The notes under the pieces are model-generated. The model ran no database searches, was not told where the DNA came from, and saw only the letters and a list, made by a program, of their open reading frames with translations. A stretch of DNA of 64,000 nucleotides from positions 2,170,001-2,234,000 of the forward strand of contig JBLDXI010000004.1 in the NCBI GenBank assembly GCA_047495785.1, in the 5' to 3' direction. This stretch comes from Lepidodermella squamata (lineage: Eukaryota; Animalia; Gastrotricha). This document shows, one piece after another, positions 12,886 through 25,198 of the stretch (positions are counted from its first letter, which is position 1; each line of letters starts with the position of its first letter). The translations under genes were made by a program, and so were the position numbers.

Positions 12886-13642
12886 TTTTGGTTTGAATTA
12901 TTATTCTGTTAAAAACAAATTTCGCTCACGAGTTTGTAAACATTTAACCACTTTTTATAATTTTTTCATTTTGAATTTTCATTTTGTTCAAACAAATTTA
13001 CTAGCGATGTTGGTCTCGGCTACATTTTTGTGCCCATCCAGTTTCTTGATTCGGGGGTTTAGAATCTGCAGATCTGGGCAGCGTTGCTGCCGGTAAATTT
13101 GGGGTTTCAGTAATTTTTCGCGAAGCTTCCTAATTAGGAAAGCGCGAAATTTGTTGTCAGGAAGGTCTGCAGATTTTCACCCGTTTCTTCATTTAATTTA
13201 CTTTTAATATGCAGCTTCTGCTAAGTGAGCGGAACCAAATTTTAGACTGTTCTAGGGGCCTGGAATCGATTTTCGGATATTTATTGCAGGTCAAGATTGG
13301 CCACAATAATTCTAGAAAATTCACCAATGAATTTAGCGCAACTTTCTCTATAAGACGGAGTGTTTGGCTCAAAATTCATGTTTAGCCTAAAATCCGTAGA
13401 AATATTCAAAAATGACTCCTGGCATATTTCGACTATATATACCCGCAGTAAATTTGGTTCCGCTTAAAGATATTCCGTTTCATATATTGCTGCTGCCCAA
13501 AAGGAGCAGTACAAAAATCACAAAAAATTGGGTCTTTGCCCAACATCGCCAGTGAAATTTGCTTTGAATTTAATGAAAATTCAAAAGAAAAAAGCTTTCA
13601 AAAATTGGTTGAATTTTGTCTAATTAGGTCTTAGGTCATAGA

Positions 13643-13748
13643 TTGTCTTGTTTGTCTTGTTTGTCTTGTTGTCTCTTTTAGTGCCTCCGCTTATCGGCCG
13701 ATAAGCGGAGGGACAACAAGAAATAAGCGGAGTGTCCCTCCGCTTATT
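13643..13748. repeat. TTGTCTTGT tandem run followed by two hairpins built on CTCCGCTTAT/ATAAGCGGAG
   Basis: ctccgcttatcggccgataagcggag is a perfect 26-bp palindrome; aataagcggag-tgtcc-ctccgcttatt is a second hairpin. Confidence 0.7.
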
Positions 13749-14142
13749 GGTGATGATGAAACAATGGTAAAAAAGGGACATCGGAGTATAATAATAGGAA
13801 TACGCCAATTTCAATTCTTAAAAGTTTTAATAATTAGCCTCTGACCACTCCAATCACGATGAAATGTATATATTCTTGCTCGTCTCGATGAGACGGTCAT
13901 TTTGACACTGGTCTCGAGGCGTTAAAATAAAAAAAATTATTTTTTATAATAGACTATACGCACACTAGCTACATTTCAGCACTGTGGTGACGATAATAAG
14001 AATTGATTATTGCTTAATGTTTTTAAATAAATAAATGAAAACATTATTGGAATATTTGCTTCCTATGAGGGTAACTGAACCAAGTGGAGGAACAGCTGGG
14101 GCAAGCCGTGATTCATGCGGGCAGTTCAAGCCGTTATTATGA

Positions 14143-14335
14143 ACTAGATCTACGCACGATCTAATCGCGAAAATTTAGATCTACCGCCGGTCTATCCATC
14201 AGGACCTATGCGCCGTCTAGGTAGTCGCTAGCTAGATCTACCCCAGTGTCATTTTTCGCATCCCACACGATCTATCCAGATAGACCCAATAATAGCGGTT
14301 AGGGTCTAGCTAGGATCTATTTTTTTACGACTGGG
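14143..14335. mobile_element. Solitary CACTA/EnSpm-like terminus with (TA)GATCTA subterminal repeats
   Basis: Repeated tagatcta/gatcta/ggtcta motifs end in ...TTACGACTGGG (CCCAG on the reverse strand). The partner end was not found. Confidence 0.4.
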
Positions 14336-15130
14336 ATTCATTCCGTAGTCACTCCGCGGCCATCCCTCACTAATCCCGCATCGGAAAATGGACTAAGTAT
14401 GGATTTTCTCGATCTTGGGCCTTTTCGCTGCAACTCGGGTTTAATCGTAAACATTTATCTTTACATCGCCAATAGATTAACAATAATGAATAATCGATAA
14501 GAGATCAGAGGAGGCGAGTTGCCAAGGCGACATGGGCCTGTATTAGGGTAGATACAATGATAATATTTGCCTAGACTCGAAAGTTTTATTCTATCTGTCA
14601 GCTCTATCGGTCAGACCGCGTTAATAATTTTACTAACACGATACAACTCAACCAACTGCGAGTTCTCGCTACAATGACAACATTCGAACGGCGTATGCTT
14701 GACACGGCGTCACTGCACCTAATAGTGTTATGGCTGCTGGCGGGTTTATCGATTCACGTTCGGTTATGGTCTATGAGGAGCCAACTTGTCCCGATAACGA
14801 GAACAAACAGCCCAAGTGACCTACATTTAACATCTAACATCTAACGGCACGCTCATGCTTGTTTATGTACTGACTGACGTAGTAAACAACACACATATAT
14901 AAGGCTAGATATGAGCCAAATAAAGTATTCGTTGCGTTGAATTGGATTGTACTTTTGCCCACTAAAACCCAGGCCGGCATAAATATGGACTTGAGATACG
15001 CTACACCAACGACGCTACATCACACTAATAATAATTCGCATTGGCTGCTATTTTCTGGCAAACAGCGTTTTTCTCATCAAATAATATCAGTAATAATCAG
15101 TAATCAGTAAAATAATAACAATAATTTGTA

Positions 15131-17886
15131 TCAAATGAGATCTACAAGATCGGCTTCATCCGCAAAGTCGTTTTCTTCAGGTGAAAACGCAGCGTCGCGT
15201 AATTTTTCGCGCATCTGGGCAATTCGGCTTTCGTAAGATTTTCGATTCTTGTCCGTTGTAATTTTACACGGCAGGCCGAGAACAAAATTGGACATCTGTG
15301 GCGGCAAAACTCCATCAATTATCCACCCAACCATGTCCATTTTTTTGTCAAATTTTATGTCCAGTGGTTGTTCGTATGCTCGCTCCGGCTCACCGCCAGG
15401 GTAAGGAAAGGGTACACGTCCAGCTCGGTAATTTGAAACTAAATGCATGTCGAAACGCACTGGTTCTTGTTCCTCAAAATCGACCAAATTTCGTGCGGGG
15501 GCATTTTCCCAGTCGTCTTCAATGCCAATGTAGGATTTCCTGACCCACAACTCGTGAAAGCCGTAATCTCGCAACTTGTACCTGTAGAGAGCGTAATCGT
15601 AGACCTTGAGATTTGAATAATTGCCCAGTGTGGTCCAGTAACTCGGCGTCGATTTGAAATCCTAATAATAATAAAGGGCGTTAAACCTTGAAAAATTGAA
15701 AATAACCGAAACTTGCTCTAAATTTTTCATGCGTCATTTCTTCGATTATAAATTGATACGGCGGTTGCCGTGCATGAAGGATGACGCTGTGCCACTGACG
15801 AGGATCGATCAAATTGCCGAACCTTTTCTTGGACTGTTCGATTAAACCATGATCATGATCAATTGTCATTTGAGTGTGACCTGTAGCGAAATTTTGAAAG
15901 GCCTCAATTTATTATCATGGAGTGAGCGGATACAAAATTGAGGGCTCTAGCACAAATTTGAGACTCTCAAATCAAAATAACAAAATTAAGCGCAGCTCAA
16001 ATTCAGAGCGGGAACCTGCAAATATTGGTGCAGACATTCGGACCAGTTATTATGCCTAGTATTTAAAAAAAAGCCAACCTGGGATCAAAAACATGTGTTG
16101 AATAAACCGTATGCGATTCCACATTTTCCTATTGGTTACAGGATCAACTTGGGCACGCTGTAATCGTTCAAAGTTGATTTTCCGAATGGTGTGAAAAATC
16201 GCATTTGGAAGAAATCTAGGTCATATTTGAAAAAAATCTTCGCTATACTCTAATCGGGAAAAACATACCTATTTTTTCCCTGACCTGAAGTACTGTCACT
16301 GCAAACTGTGACCTCTTCAACGTCATCATCAAGATACTTCCGAAAATATTCCATCAAACATGTCCCCAGCTCAGCGCTACCCTGTCCGCCTAGTCGAATC
16401 GACATAGAAATTCAATTTCACTCGATGAAAAAATCAAGTACCTTCATATTCTGGATAGGTATAGCAGACGGTTTGTTGTGTCGTGCAGTTTTTGATCGTC
16501 AAATTGTGAACAATCAATTTCCGCCTGTAACTCCAGCCGCAGCAAGGCACGTGAAGATGCTTTTGCATATCAACCTGAAAAATCGGCAAATTATTACCTA
16601 AGGCGCTGCTTACGGTAAAATATTGTTAAAAACCTCAATGAAAACAGATTTTTTCGATCCTGGCTGAAAGCTTAAAGCTTTTAGCTTCCTAAACCTGCGA
16701 TATTCACGAGACGCGTCTTTCTCCTTCAGGTGTAGTTCATGTTTAGCCTTGTTCGCTTCTTGGCCGGCAATTGTCATGTAACGATATCGCATACAAAATT
16801 TGCATCTATTTACATTTATTTTAAACCTCTGTTATCCGTAAAAAAACTGGAATGCTTACCTATCGTTTCTAGGAGCGGAAAATGAGTAGTTCCTGAACAG
16901 AAATCTGAAGTTTGCCCTGAATGCTTCGAAACAGCATACTCGGATATCCGGCTCAGGATTTTCTGTATAATGCTCCTTCCAGGTTTTGTAGAGACCAGAG
17001 ATCGTCACCGTTGAGGAGATGTAAAGCCTGTTAGAAACGATATAATAATAAAAAAAATCATAATTCAGCTAATAAAGCTTGCCTTTTAGTCCGACTCCGT
17101 CTGTAATGGCTGATTTTTCTATATTTGGTTGAAATTTCACACCAATAAAAGTGAAACAATGCTATTTGGAAAAAACAACTCACGCCCTCAACTTTGGTTC
17201 GCAAAACGTTTTAATTGAGTTGATTGTACTCTGACTAACGATATTTCTTCCATTTTTAGCAGCTTTTCGCTCATCTGCCAGAACCGTTAGACCGTGGTCT
17301 TTGAGCTTGTAATTAAGCGTGTATTCGAGAAACCGATAGCTTATATCCAGAGCATTCAGGAAAAATTTGCGGCAAACATTGATTTTTGCCAAATCAAGGC
17401 CGTGTTTCGGTGCGTAGGCTTTCTTTGCTAAATACGCGGGCAGCGTGTAAGTAATTACGCTTCGAAATCTAACCATTTCCTTAGAGACGTGCTTGCTGAT
17501 AAAAACGCGTTGATCATGAAGACAGCCACTCGCTCGATAAATTCCTGAAAGCTGAACTATTGACTGATCAGTGTATTTTTTCCAGCATTCCAATTTTTGG
17601 CAGCAGTTCAATAGACGAACGCCTTAAAAAATCCAATAAAAATTAAAAGATCCAAATTTTTTAAGGGTTAGTAACCTATTTTGGGTCGAATTGCCATTGC
17701 CTTTCTCCTGCGGTAAAGCTGGCCAGTTTCACGATTTTTGTAAGTCAATTCTCTTCTTTCATAAGCGAGCCCGAGATTTCTAGCCTTTCGATCCTCGTCC
17801 ACCCATTTGGTTTTTACTCTTTTTATAACTTTTTTAGGTTTGATCATCGAAATGGCAGCTTCATCAACGTCCATAGCTTCTGCCAT
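15131..17886 (-). CDS. Sola1-type DDD transposase, 10 exons, roughly 700 aa, apparently intact
   Basis: In-frame spliced motifs in the order expected for Sola1: CRKFFLNAL, SHYRR..LYI, FSAPRNDRCKFC, VDMQK (D1), YRRKLIVHNLTI, YPEYEGGQGSAELGTC, SDSTSGQGKN (D2), FLIPGHTQMTIDHDHGLIE (D3), DPRQW..ARQPPYQFIIEEM. No internal stops found. Confidence 0.88.
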
Positions 17887-18196
17887 TTCGCCAAACCAAT
17901 TCAGCCTAAGAAAGATGGATATCGAGACAGTAAAAATGACAGCAAATATTATTTTTTTCAAGTCTCGTTGTTACACAAGTTTTGACAACATCATGATAAA
18001 CTTTAAAGAAAACACGAGAAGCCCCATATAAAAAGAGGTTTTAAACACTTAAAAATTCAATAGAAACTTAAAAATATTCATTTTCGCACGCCTTATATCA
18101 AATTGTTAGGCAACAATAATGGCTTCAATGTTCCTAATAAATCAAGCCAAACGAGAATTTCTGACGCGTTTGGTCTAAATTTCGGCATCAGCGCTG

Positions 18197-19187
18197 TTAG
18201 GCAAATAGACACAACTGGACGTTCGTGGGATTTCCGATTGGCGCGTAGTTGCGCCTTTTCTTCAACCAAACAATGAGAAAGGCGACCGCCAAAACGACGA
18301 TGATGGCTCCTACAACAGAGCCGATAATTGCCCCAGCGAGGAAAGTAGGCCGGCCAACCTGCCAGGGACGCAGTTTATCTGTAAAAAAATTTGCCGCTCG
18401 CTCGCTATGCTCGCTCGCGAACACCTATAATATTTCATATCATTGAGCATCTAACGCCAGTTTGCGAATTCCGTTTTTCTTTTCCCACAGTTTTCGCCCC
18501 TGATTATAGCCTGAAATTTTCATGTGAGTGGGAACTTCAAATAATGTTACCTTCGAACTGTGTTATGCGAGCGAAGCGAGCAATTTTTTGAGATTTTGCA
18601 GCAAGAATGGCCTGAAAATTCTCAAAATCTCGTACAATTTCAAAAGTAAAAAACAAAATTGACCTTAATTCACCTATAAATGACTTGAAACTTATCACCT
18701 TGTGATGAATAACATTTATTTTTCCAAGTTGGTTGCTAATGAAGTTTTCAACTCAAATTAATACTTCTGTTCTACTCTGAAATCCGAGCACAAATTTCAA
18801 ATGAGCATGCGCTATGATTGGCGCTACGAAAGCTAAAGATATTTTGCCGTAAATAAGGCTGAAAATAGCCTTGGCTACACTCATTTTGTGATAAAAATAC
18901 GCTCTACCAGCCAACCTACCGGGGATTTCAGCGTCCCTGGCGAGGACGCCTCGACCCTCAAACCTACCAGGTACGCGTCCCTGGTACTACCCTCGTCGTC
19001 CCTGGCGTCCCTGGTGCTACTTTCCTCGCTGAATTGCCCCCACCAGATTTGATTCCAATGGAGGAGAATTAGCAGTTGTTGTGGTAATTAAACAGAATTT
19101 GCAGTGTAAATGGCGTGCCCTGCAAATTTCGATATTCTCGGGTGTCGGGTCGATGCAGGGCGGTGATATTGTAGTGAAATTGCTCAT
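18197..19187 (-). pseudogene. Small single-pass membrane protein gene with CxD-x7-C-x6-CKFC motif, disrupted
   Basis: The 5' part reads MSNFTTISPPCIDPTPENIEICRARHLHCKFCLITTTTA and the 3' part GAIIGSVVGAIIVVLAVAFLIVWLKKRR. They are separated by CCAGGGACG repeats with stops and ~500 bp of non-coding DNA. No clean splice was found. Confidence 0.5.
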
Positions 19188-19348
19188 AATAAAATTGATT
19201 TTAGATTTTTAGATTAATTGGTTCTAAGAAAGAGACAACAAATTTAAATTCAAACTTAGGAAAACATGCAAAACAGATTTTAATCGTCGATAATACAACA
19301 AAGACGTATATGAAGCTTCTAAAGTAGAGATGAAAACGCAAAGTGCCT

Positions 19349-20619
19349 GGGGGTGGTGATCGAAGGTAGTAAAAAATAAACAGCCATTTTAGCTAAAAGT
19401 TCTTGTTTACGATAAAATGGAAGCGAATTTTTGCTCGTTAAAATAGAGTTGAACTTTATTTTTCAAGAATTTAATTTTATCTGCCAATTTCATTGTTACA
19501 TCACAATAATAACAATGGATGGGAATGACCTAGTTGTGGACATAGCGTCTTTTGGACATTTCCTTTAAAACAGTTCTATATTGGAAAAACGTGCCAACTG
19601 GACATAAAATATAACATTCAATAATTCGAGAGATAAAAGTTATTTCTATACGAATTTTTGACGTTTTATCGACCATTTTATGGTACTTTTTCGAGTTGTC
19701 GAAAAATAGCTCTGAGGCATGTTTATGATAAAATAATTTTCCAGCCAAAATCGCACCTTAATGACGCAAGTTGGCCCAATTTTCGCGAATAGATTCGGAT
19801 TGCATGCTGCATGCATTTTTTAATTCAAACGAAATTGATGACGTCACACCGAGTCACGTGAGCAGCACAAGTCTTATTTGATTATTTCCAAATCCCATGC
19901 CAAGCTTTCTTCGTATTCCAATACAGTCAAATGGAACTATTTAACCGAAGAAGAAATTACGGTCGTCGGTTTGACCCGTTCCCAAGATTTTCAGATTTTC
20001 AAGGCGCTATAGATTTTCCAAAGCAGGTGTTCGCTACATCCACGATTAGATTCGAGATGACCTGCCTCAGCGAATACCGTATTTGTTCCAATAATAGCCC
20101 ATTCACTGATAGTCGCCCATCTCTAATAATCGCTCATCTCTATTAGTAGCCCACTTTTTAGGACATTTAGGACATTTAGGACAAATACGGTAACTAATCG
20201 AAGGAGGGCAATAACGACCACGGTTCAGGTCCTGATTGCCTTGCGGTTTTTGCGACCGGCACGACTCAACGTGAAATAGGTGATCCATAGGTGATTTTTA
20301 TTTTTTTACTCCTGACCCTTTGTTCTCTTGATTTCTCTAGATGACCCTTTGTTCAAGATTTAATGATCTTCAGTCATGAGAGCGTGGTAGTTGTTACTCT
20401 TTATACATTATATTCATAGGTAATGTCCCTCCACGTAACAATGCCCATCATTGTTGAGTAACACAATGTCTAGAGAAAAACAAACAAAAAAGCATAAAAA
20501 ACAGCTTGGATAACATACAACTTTGTTTTAAGATAAAAGTGAAGTCAATTTTTACATAAAAATGAACTACCATATAAATTTATTTTTTACCGGTAAAACA
20601 GCTTCGATCACCACCCCCC
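19349..20619. mobile_element. Non-autonomous TIR element with GGGGGTGGTGATCGAAG termini
   Basis: 17-bp inverted match between 19349-19365 and 20602-20618. Possible CCT TSD. Confidence 0.6.
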
Positions 20620-20713
20620 CCTATTTTTCAAACACATAAAGAAATCAGGTTTGACACCAAAAATATTATGCGGCGAAAAAATGCATGTATCTAGAGAAAA
20701 AATCAACACTAAT

Positions 20714-22114
20714 CTAATAGGCATCTCGCAAGACTCCGTTCTCGTCAACTGGCATGGCAAGATTCTCTGGATTAAAATATTCAGAGTTAAACCCGATTCC
20801 TAAAATCCAAAAATAAAAGTTTATCGGGTTTTTAAGCGTCGAAAGAATAAAAGGCCAATTTCTCACAGAAAATATTCGAAGTTTCTCAAGTTCTGCACTG
20901 GTATAGGAATACTTTTGTGTCTCATATTCTTCTCGACTAATATAATCAAATCTTCTCAAGTTACGAGAGCCTGAATTCTTTCCCGCTAAACTTTCGTAAA
21001 AAGTTGTTGAAAATCGATTGTTTTGTAGGTAGCATCTTTGAAGTTTTCGGGAAACACTCAACACTTGAAAGGTCACAATTAAAGTTATTGAGGTCCAGTA
21101 AAAATTCCGACAGCCTTCTGAAATTAGCCACGAGCTAAAGATTAATAGAAAAATATTTGTGGCATATACATTTCGTCTAGTGAGTGATGGAGGCTTGAAA
21201 TAATAGAAAAATAATAATCCTAAAAGAGCTGAAAATGCCGAAAGTAAACACAAAAGGTAGGTGGAATTTACGACGAAAAACCTAGCGACTTCGAAAACAA
21301 TAAAAGAAGATCCGCCGATTACAGGAATGAATATAACGCCGAGTAATTTCTTTGAAGATAACATTTTCGACATTGCATATAGTGATGTGAGAAAACCTAA
21401 GAAGACACCTACAAGACCGCCAAAGGTGTAATATGCCAAGCCAGTGCTCGCCAATTATAAGAATTTAGGATGGTTAAAAGCCCGAGTACTGTCATTCCTA
21501 AGCGCAAGAAATCCACAAACTTCGTTGAAAATTCGACTTCGATATCCATATCGGCGACGCAGATTGCTAAGCAAAACTTATCAAATAACTGAGGAGAAAT
21601 GCTGAGTACTGACTGCCTGCCACTTATCCAATCCAAAATTATTTGAAATTCAGTTAGCGAGGCATAGATTTGCATAAATGCAACTTTCAGAGGATTAGAG
21701 CTACTCGCGAAAGGCAATTGTTGCGGGCAACATTGCTGAGCTACATTGAAAGGATCCTTGTTGTAGTCCAAGACATAGGATGGCTGTGCAGATAGTGGTG
21801 TCGTCATGTTTTTTCCCGGATAAAACTTTAGGTCGAACTAAAATTTACAAAATCGATAACTAAAAAATCCGAATTTTCAAGAAAATTGCCTTAATAGACG
21901 ACCAAAGACGAGATAATTGGCCAAAACTGGAAAATCCTGCTTCGTAACAAAACACGGCAGGAAGTTGTGAGCCATAATGCAGGTTCATTTTGAAGCCATC
22001 ATCATGAACGCGGTTGAAATTCAAAGATGTATTTTTCGCTGAGCAGAAATCACTTTGAGCTTGGCAATAGCCGTGTGAAATAACAAGCAATAAAATGCAG
22101 TCTGCTGGCTGCAT
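20714..22114 (-). pseudogene. NEMP1-like: NEMP (nuclear envelope integral membrane protein / TMEM194)-like gene with one 1-nt frameshift
   Basis: Signal peptide, then FCY..LWSSIK|FDLKFYPGKNMT across a GC-AG intron, multiple TM helices starting AYYTFGGLVGVFLG, and a C-terminal ISREEYETQ...ELEKLRIF...W...LKNPINF resembling the NEMP EEEY..Q...LEELR motif. Frame shift at ~21455 (TAT AA TTG). Confidence 0.75.
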
Positions 22115-22343
22115 TTTCTTATGAAAGCATCAATTTAATAAATATAATATTTCCTACAGAAAAATTCACAAGTATAACATTTTTTGAACTGTTTACTAGC
22201 TCCAAAAAACCAAAACGGAAGCCCATCGAATTATCATAAAATTTGTGCCATGAAAAATATGCATTTTTCAAATTTATTATAATGCCTTATTATAATGCCT
22301 TAAACTTATAAAACTTATAAAAACTTATAATTATCATATTATA

Positions 22344-22766
22344 CCGTAAACTACAGTATAATGGCCGCATCCTGAATAAAAAACGCACCGGAATAGTCGC
22401 CGCAAAATAGCCCTATCATTCATTCACCTAAGCGCGATCACCGCACCTAAGCGCGCGATCAACAGCCATCCAGGCGAATCGCCAGATGGCACCCGCACTG
22501 CCACTCTCACCGCTACGCCGACTGCTACTATGAGGGTAACGTCGAGGAGGCGGACTATCCGAAGAGCCGCGCATCTATGTGAATTGGCGGCGCAAGCTGC
22601 GGCTGTGCAAACCGCACCCCTTGTTACACCGATTACGCCTGCTAAACGTCACGTTTTGAAAAATTGAGGAAAATAAAGACCGCACTCGAATACTCGCCGC
22701 ACTTTTTGCCTCTATTTCAAAAATCAGGAAAATTAGTCGACGCGGCCTTTATACTGTAGTTTACGG
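22344..22766. mobile_element. Tc1/mariner (pogo/Tc2-like) MITE, TA TSD
   Basis: TA|CCGTAAACTACAGTATAATGGCCGC ... GCGGCCTTTATACTGTAGTTTACGG|TA. Confidence 0.88.
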
Positions 22767-22794
22767 TAATCAAAAAGCCAAAATTCAGAAACAT

Positions 22795-23130
22795 TCACTG
22801 AGGCGAGGTTGAAACTGATGGCAGCTCAGCAACATCTCGCAATCGACCATTTCGATAAATTGGCATCCGGTCTTGATCTCGAAAGCGCCGGGAAATCCGT
22901 TGAACAACAAGAGAGATTTGATTGATTTTACAATATAAAACCAGTCCCAGAAGTACCACAATTGCAGAAACCACGAGCGTAACCGTTATAATAACTGCAC
23001 GGTTTTCAGGCGTCATGTTTTGAGGCGAAGCTGTAGTCGTTGAAGTTGATTGTTGGCAGAATTTACATATACCAATACCATTCCTACAATTGTTGATAGC
23101 TGTCTCACTCCAATCAACGCAGTCCGACAC
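22795..23130 (-). CDS. Small single-pass membrane protein with CxD-x8-C-x6-CKFC motif and Thr/Ser stalk (start uncertain)
   Basis: CVDWSETAINNCRNGIGICKFCQQSTSTTTAS, then TM segment VIITVTLVVSAIVVLLGLVLYC and a basic tail. The ORF opens with GTG. Confidence 0.6.
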   Translation of the reverse strand: MSDCVDWSETAINNCRNGIGICKFCQQSTSTTTASPQNMTPENRAVIITVTLVVSAIVVLLGLVLYCKINQISLVVQRISRRFRDQDRMPIYRNGRLRDVAELPSVSTSPQ

Positions 23131-23399
23131 TTCATTAAATTATAATGAAAAAAATCACCTAAATACAAACACAAGATCCTTTTACAAACAACAGATAGTG
23201 GCTAAAATTTATAATATTGAACTGGCTAAAAATATAACGTGACATTGACATAGTTTAAAAACGCAAAAAACAGGCTAGAATATTATGAGTGTTCATGTGA
23301 GAAATAGAAGCTTGACAAGAAAAGGCGATACACGAAAAAAAACTATGCTTAAAACCCGCTGACAGTCATTCTTCGTCAAACAAGATGATGCAGCTTCGC

Positions 23400-24389
23400 T
23401 TAGGATACCATATTCCAGAACGAATTTATCGCTTGCTGCATCACGCCGTCATCGCCGTCATCGTCATCCGCCTCATCCGCCTCAAACCTTTCCGATGTTT
23501 TAGATTCTACGACTTTTTCCGGCCTTCCAACGGCTCTCCTCGATCTGGATAATTTTCGATTCGCCTCCCCGTCGTCTTTCTCAACAACTCCATTATCGTT
23601 GAGATTCCCCACTGCTTTGACTACCCTCTTCTTCGAAAATTGCAGATATTTCTCTGCGAATTTGAGAACCGTTGCCGCCGTCAAAAAGTAAATGGCGAAT
23701 ACATACAAAATGAATGGCTTGCCCAGCAAATAGTCGAAAAAATAATAGTAACGCAAAAGAAGAGCTAACATTTGGGCGGGAATTTTTGTTTCATAAATCT
23801 GGATTGGGTCTGCATAAGATGTGAAAATCAATTCGAGACCGCCAGTTATAAACAAATAATATATTTTAGAATAGTAAGATTTTCTTTCATAGCGAGATGC
23901 ATAATACATTTTGAAAATAAGATAGGAAAGAATAGCCAAATAAAAAGATATCTGGTACTCTGACCATTTATCCGAGGGCACTCGGAAGAAACTGATCTGA
24001 GATAAAATTACCTAAAGGAACTCAGCCGACTGAGCTATCGAAATGATGAGGCTTTGAATTGGTTCGTACAAAATGTTAATAGTCGAAATTATGTTTGGTA
24101 AGGTTGTTGAAAAAAAATTGACATATGCTTTACTCATGAAAAAATCATTGATACTGCGTGTGAGAATCGTGTTTAACTTGTTATTGATGAAACAGCACAT
24201 GTCCTCGACCTGTTTAAAAAGTAAATATTAGATAAACTAGGTAATTCATTAGGCCGTTACTTCATCGTTGTAATAAGTCAGAGTTGCAATCGCCGAGAAG
24301 GTGTTGGGAAATGCTTTAATGCAACTGTCGATATCTTTGCATTTATCTGCGTAATTGGGTTGATCACAAGCCAAGAGCGCAAGCAGCAT
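23400..24389 (-). pseudogene. Three-exon multi-pass membrane protein gene with a premature TAG as the last codon of exon 2
   Basis: MLLALLACDQ..YYNDE|VEDMCCF..AEFL*|ISFFRVPSDKW..: all junctions are phase 0 and GT-AG. Hydrophobic helices are followed by a basic and then an acidic tail. Confidence 0.6.
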
Positions 24390-24463
24390 TTTATTCTATA
24401 AAAATTTCAAAATTGTTCAACATTCCAGCACAAACTGGAAGGAATTTACGCTTTCATCGTCAC

Positions 24464-24706
24464 TCATAGGCCAATTTTTGCCGCAATTCTCTTCCAACGA
24501 CGTGGCAATCTGAAAAAACGATTCAATCGAAAATTGAATTCTGGCAAAAATTCTCTGACCTCTGATGCGCATTTATCGGTCATTGATTTTAGTGTCATGA
24601 GGTTATAGAAACCCTCGTACAAATAAGCATAGTTCTCACAGATGTAGTCTTTCGCGAAGAAGGTAATTCTGGCCTTGCTGACTTTGTCCAAAATCTCCGG
24701 GTCCAT
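24464..24706 (-). CDS. Hypothetical protein or terminal exon
   Basis: 80-aa protein-like ORF in the same orientation as its neighbours. No motif recognised. Confidence 0.3.
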   Translation of the reverse strand: MDPEILDKVSKARITFFAKDYICENYAYLYEGFYNLMTLKSMTDKCASEVREFLPEFNFRLNRFFRLPRRWKRIAAKIGL

Positions 24707-25198
24707 TTGTGTAGCCAGCTTTTTGGCTAGTCGTTCGAAATATTATGAAAGCGGAAAAGATCATTATTATATGCCTCATCATTGATAGCAGAGGAAAGCA
24801 GATTTCCAAAGAATCACTTAAAATGAACTACAGATCAATGGACTCAAGTTTGGTGGCGATGAGTAAAAACGCAACCAAACAAAACATTTTTCTGCCCGCG
24901 CAAACAACGAATACCCTAGAATTATATTTCAAGTTTTTCCAATTACATATTTATTCAATTCTAACGTGCTTTTTCTAAATTTCTGTAAAATAGATTGCGC
25001 AATTGACGATTTTGCTCTTTTGTCGTCGACGGTTCGTTCAGCGCATCTTGAGCTACACCAGCAACGCCAGTTCTGAAAGTTGTGAAAAGTTCTGAAAGTT
25101 CTGAAAGGAATTGTGACTACTACATTGTTTAAAATTCCTCCCATTCGGCTCCACGTACATTAGCACTTGTGTCTGAGCGTTCTTAAACAACGTTATCG

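Larger units (their letters stand above)
11460..14979. mobile_element. Pair of ~137-bp perfect inverted repeats 3.2 kb apart (long-TIR element, or two facing element ends)
   Basis: 11460-11596 is the reverse complement of 14843-14979. No TSD was found at either boundary. Confidence 0.75.

Noticed and set aside
12490-13550. RIP-like C>T hypermutation or stop-codon reassignment in a minus-strand frame
   Set aside because: Stop density over 13000-13550 is not clearly lower than expected for AT-rich non-coding DNA, and neighbouring genes use standard stops.
23400-23981. CLCC1/herpesvirus-like assignment (Teratorn-type element)
   Set aside because: There is only a faint resemblance around DPIQ..PAQMLAL, and no viral core genes (polymerase, capsid, terminase) are present in the window.
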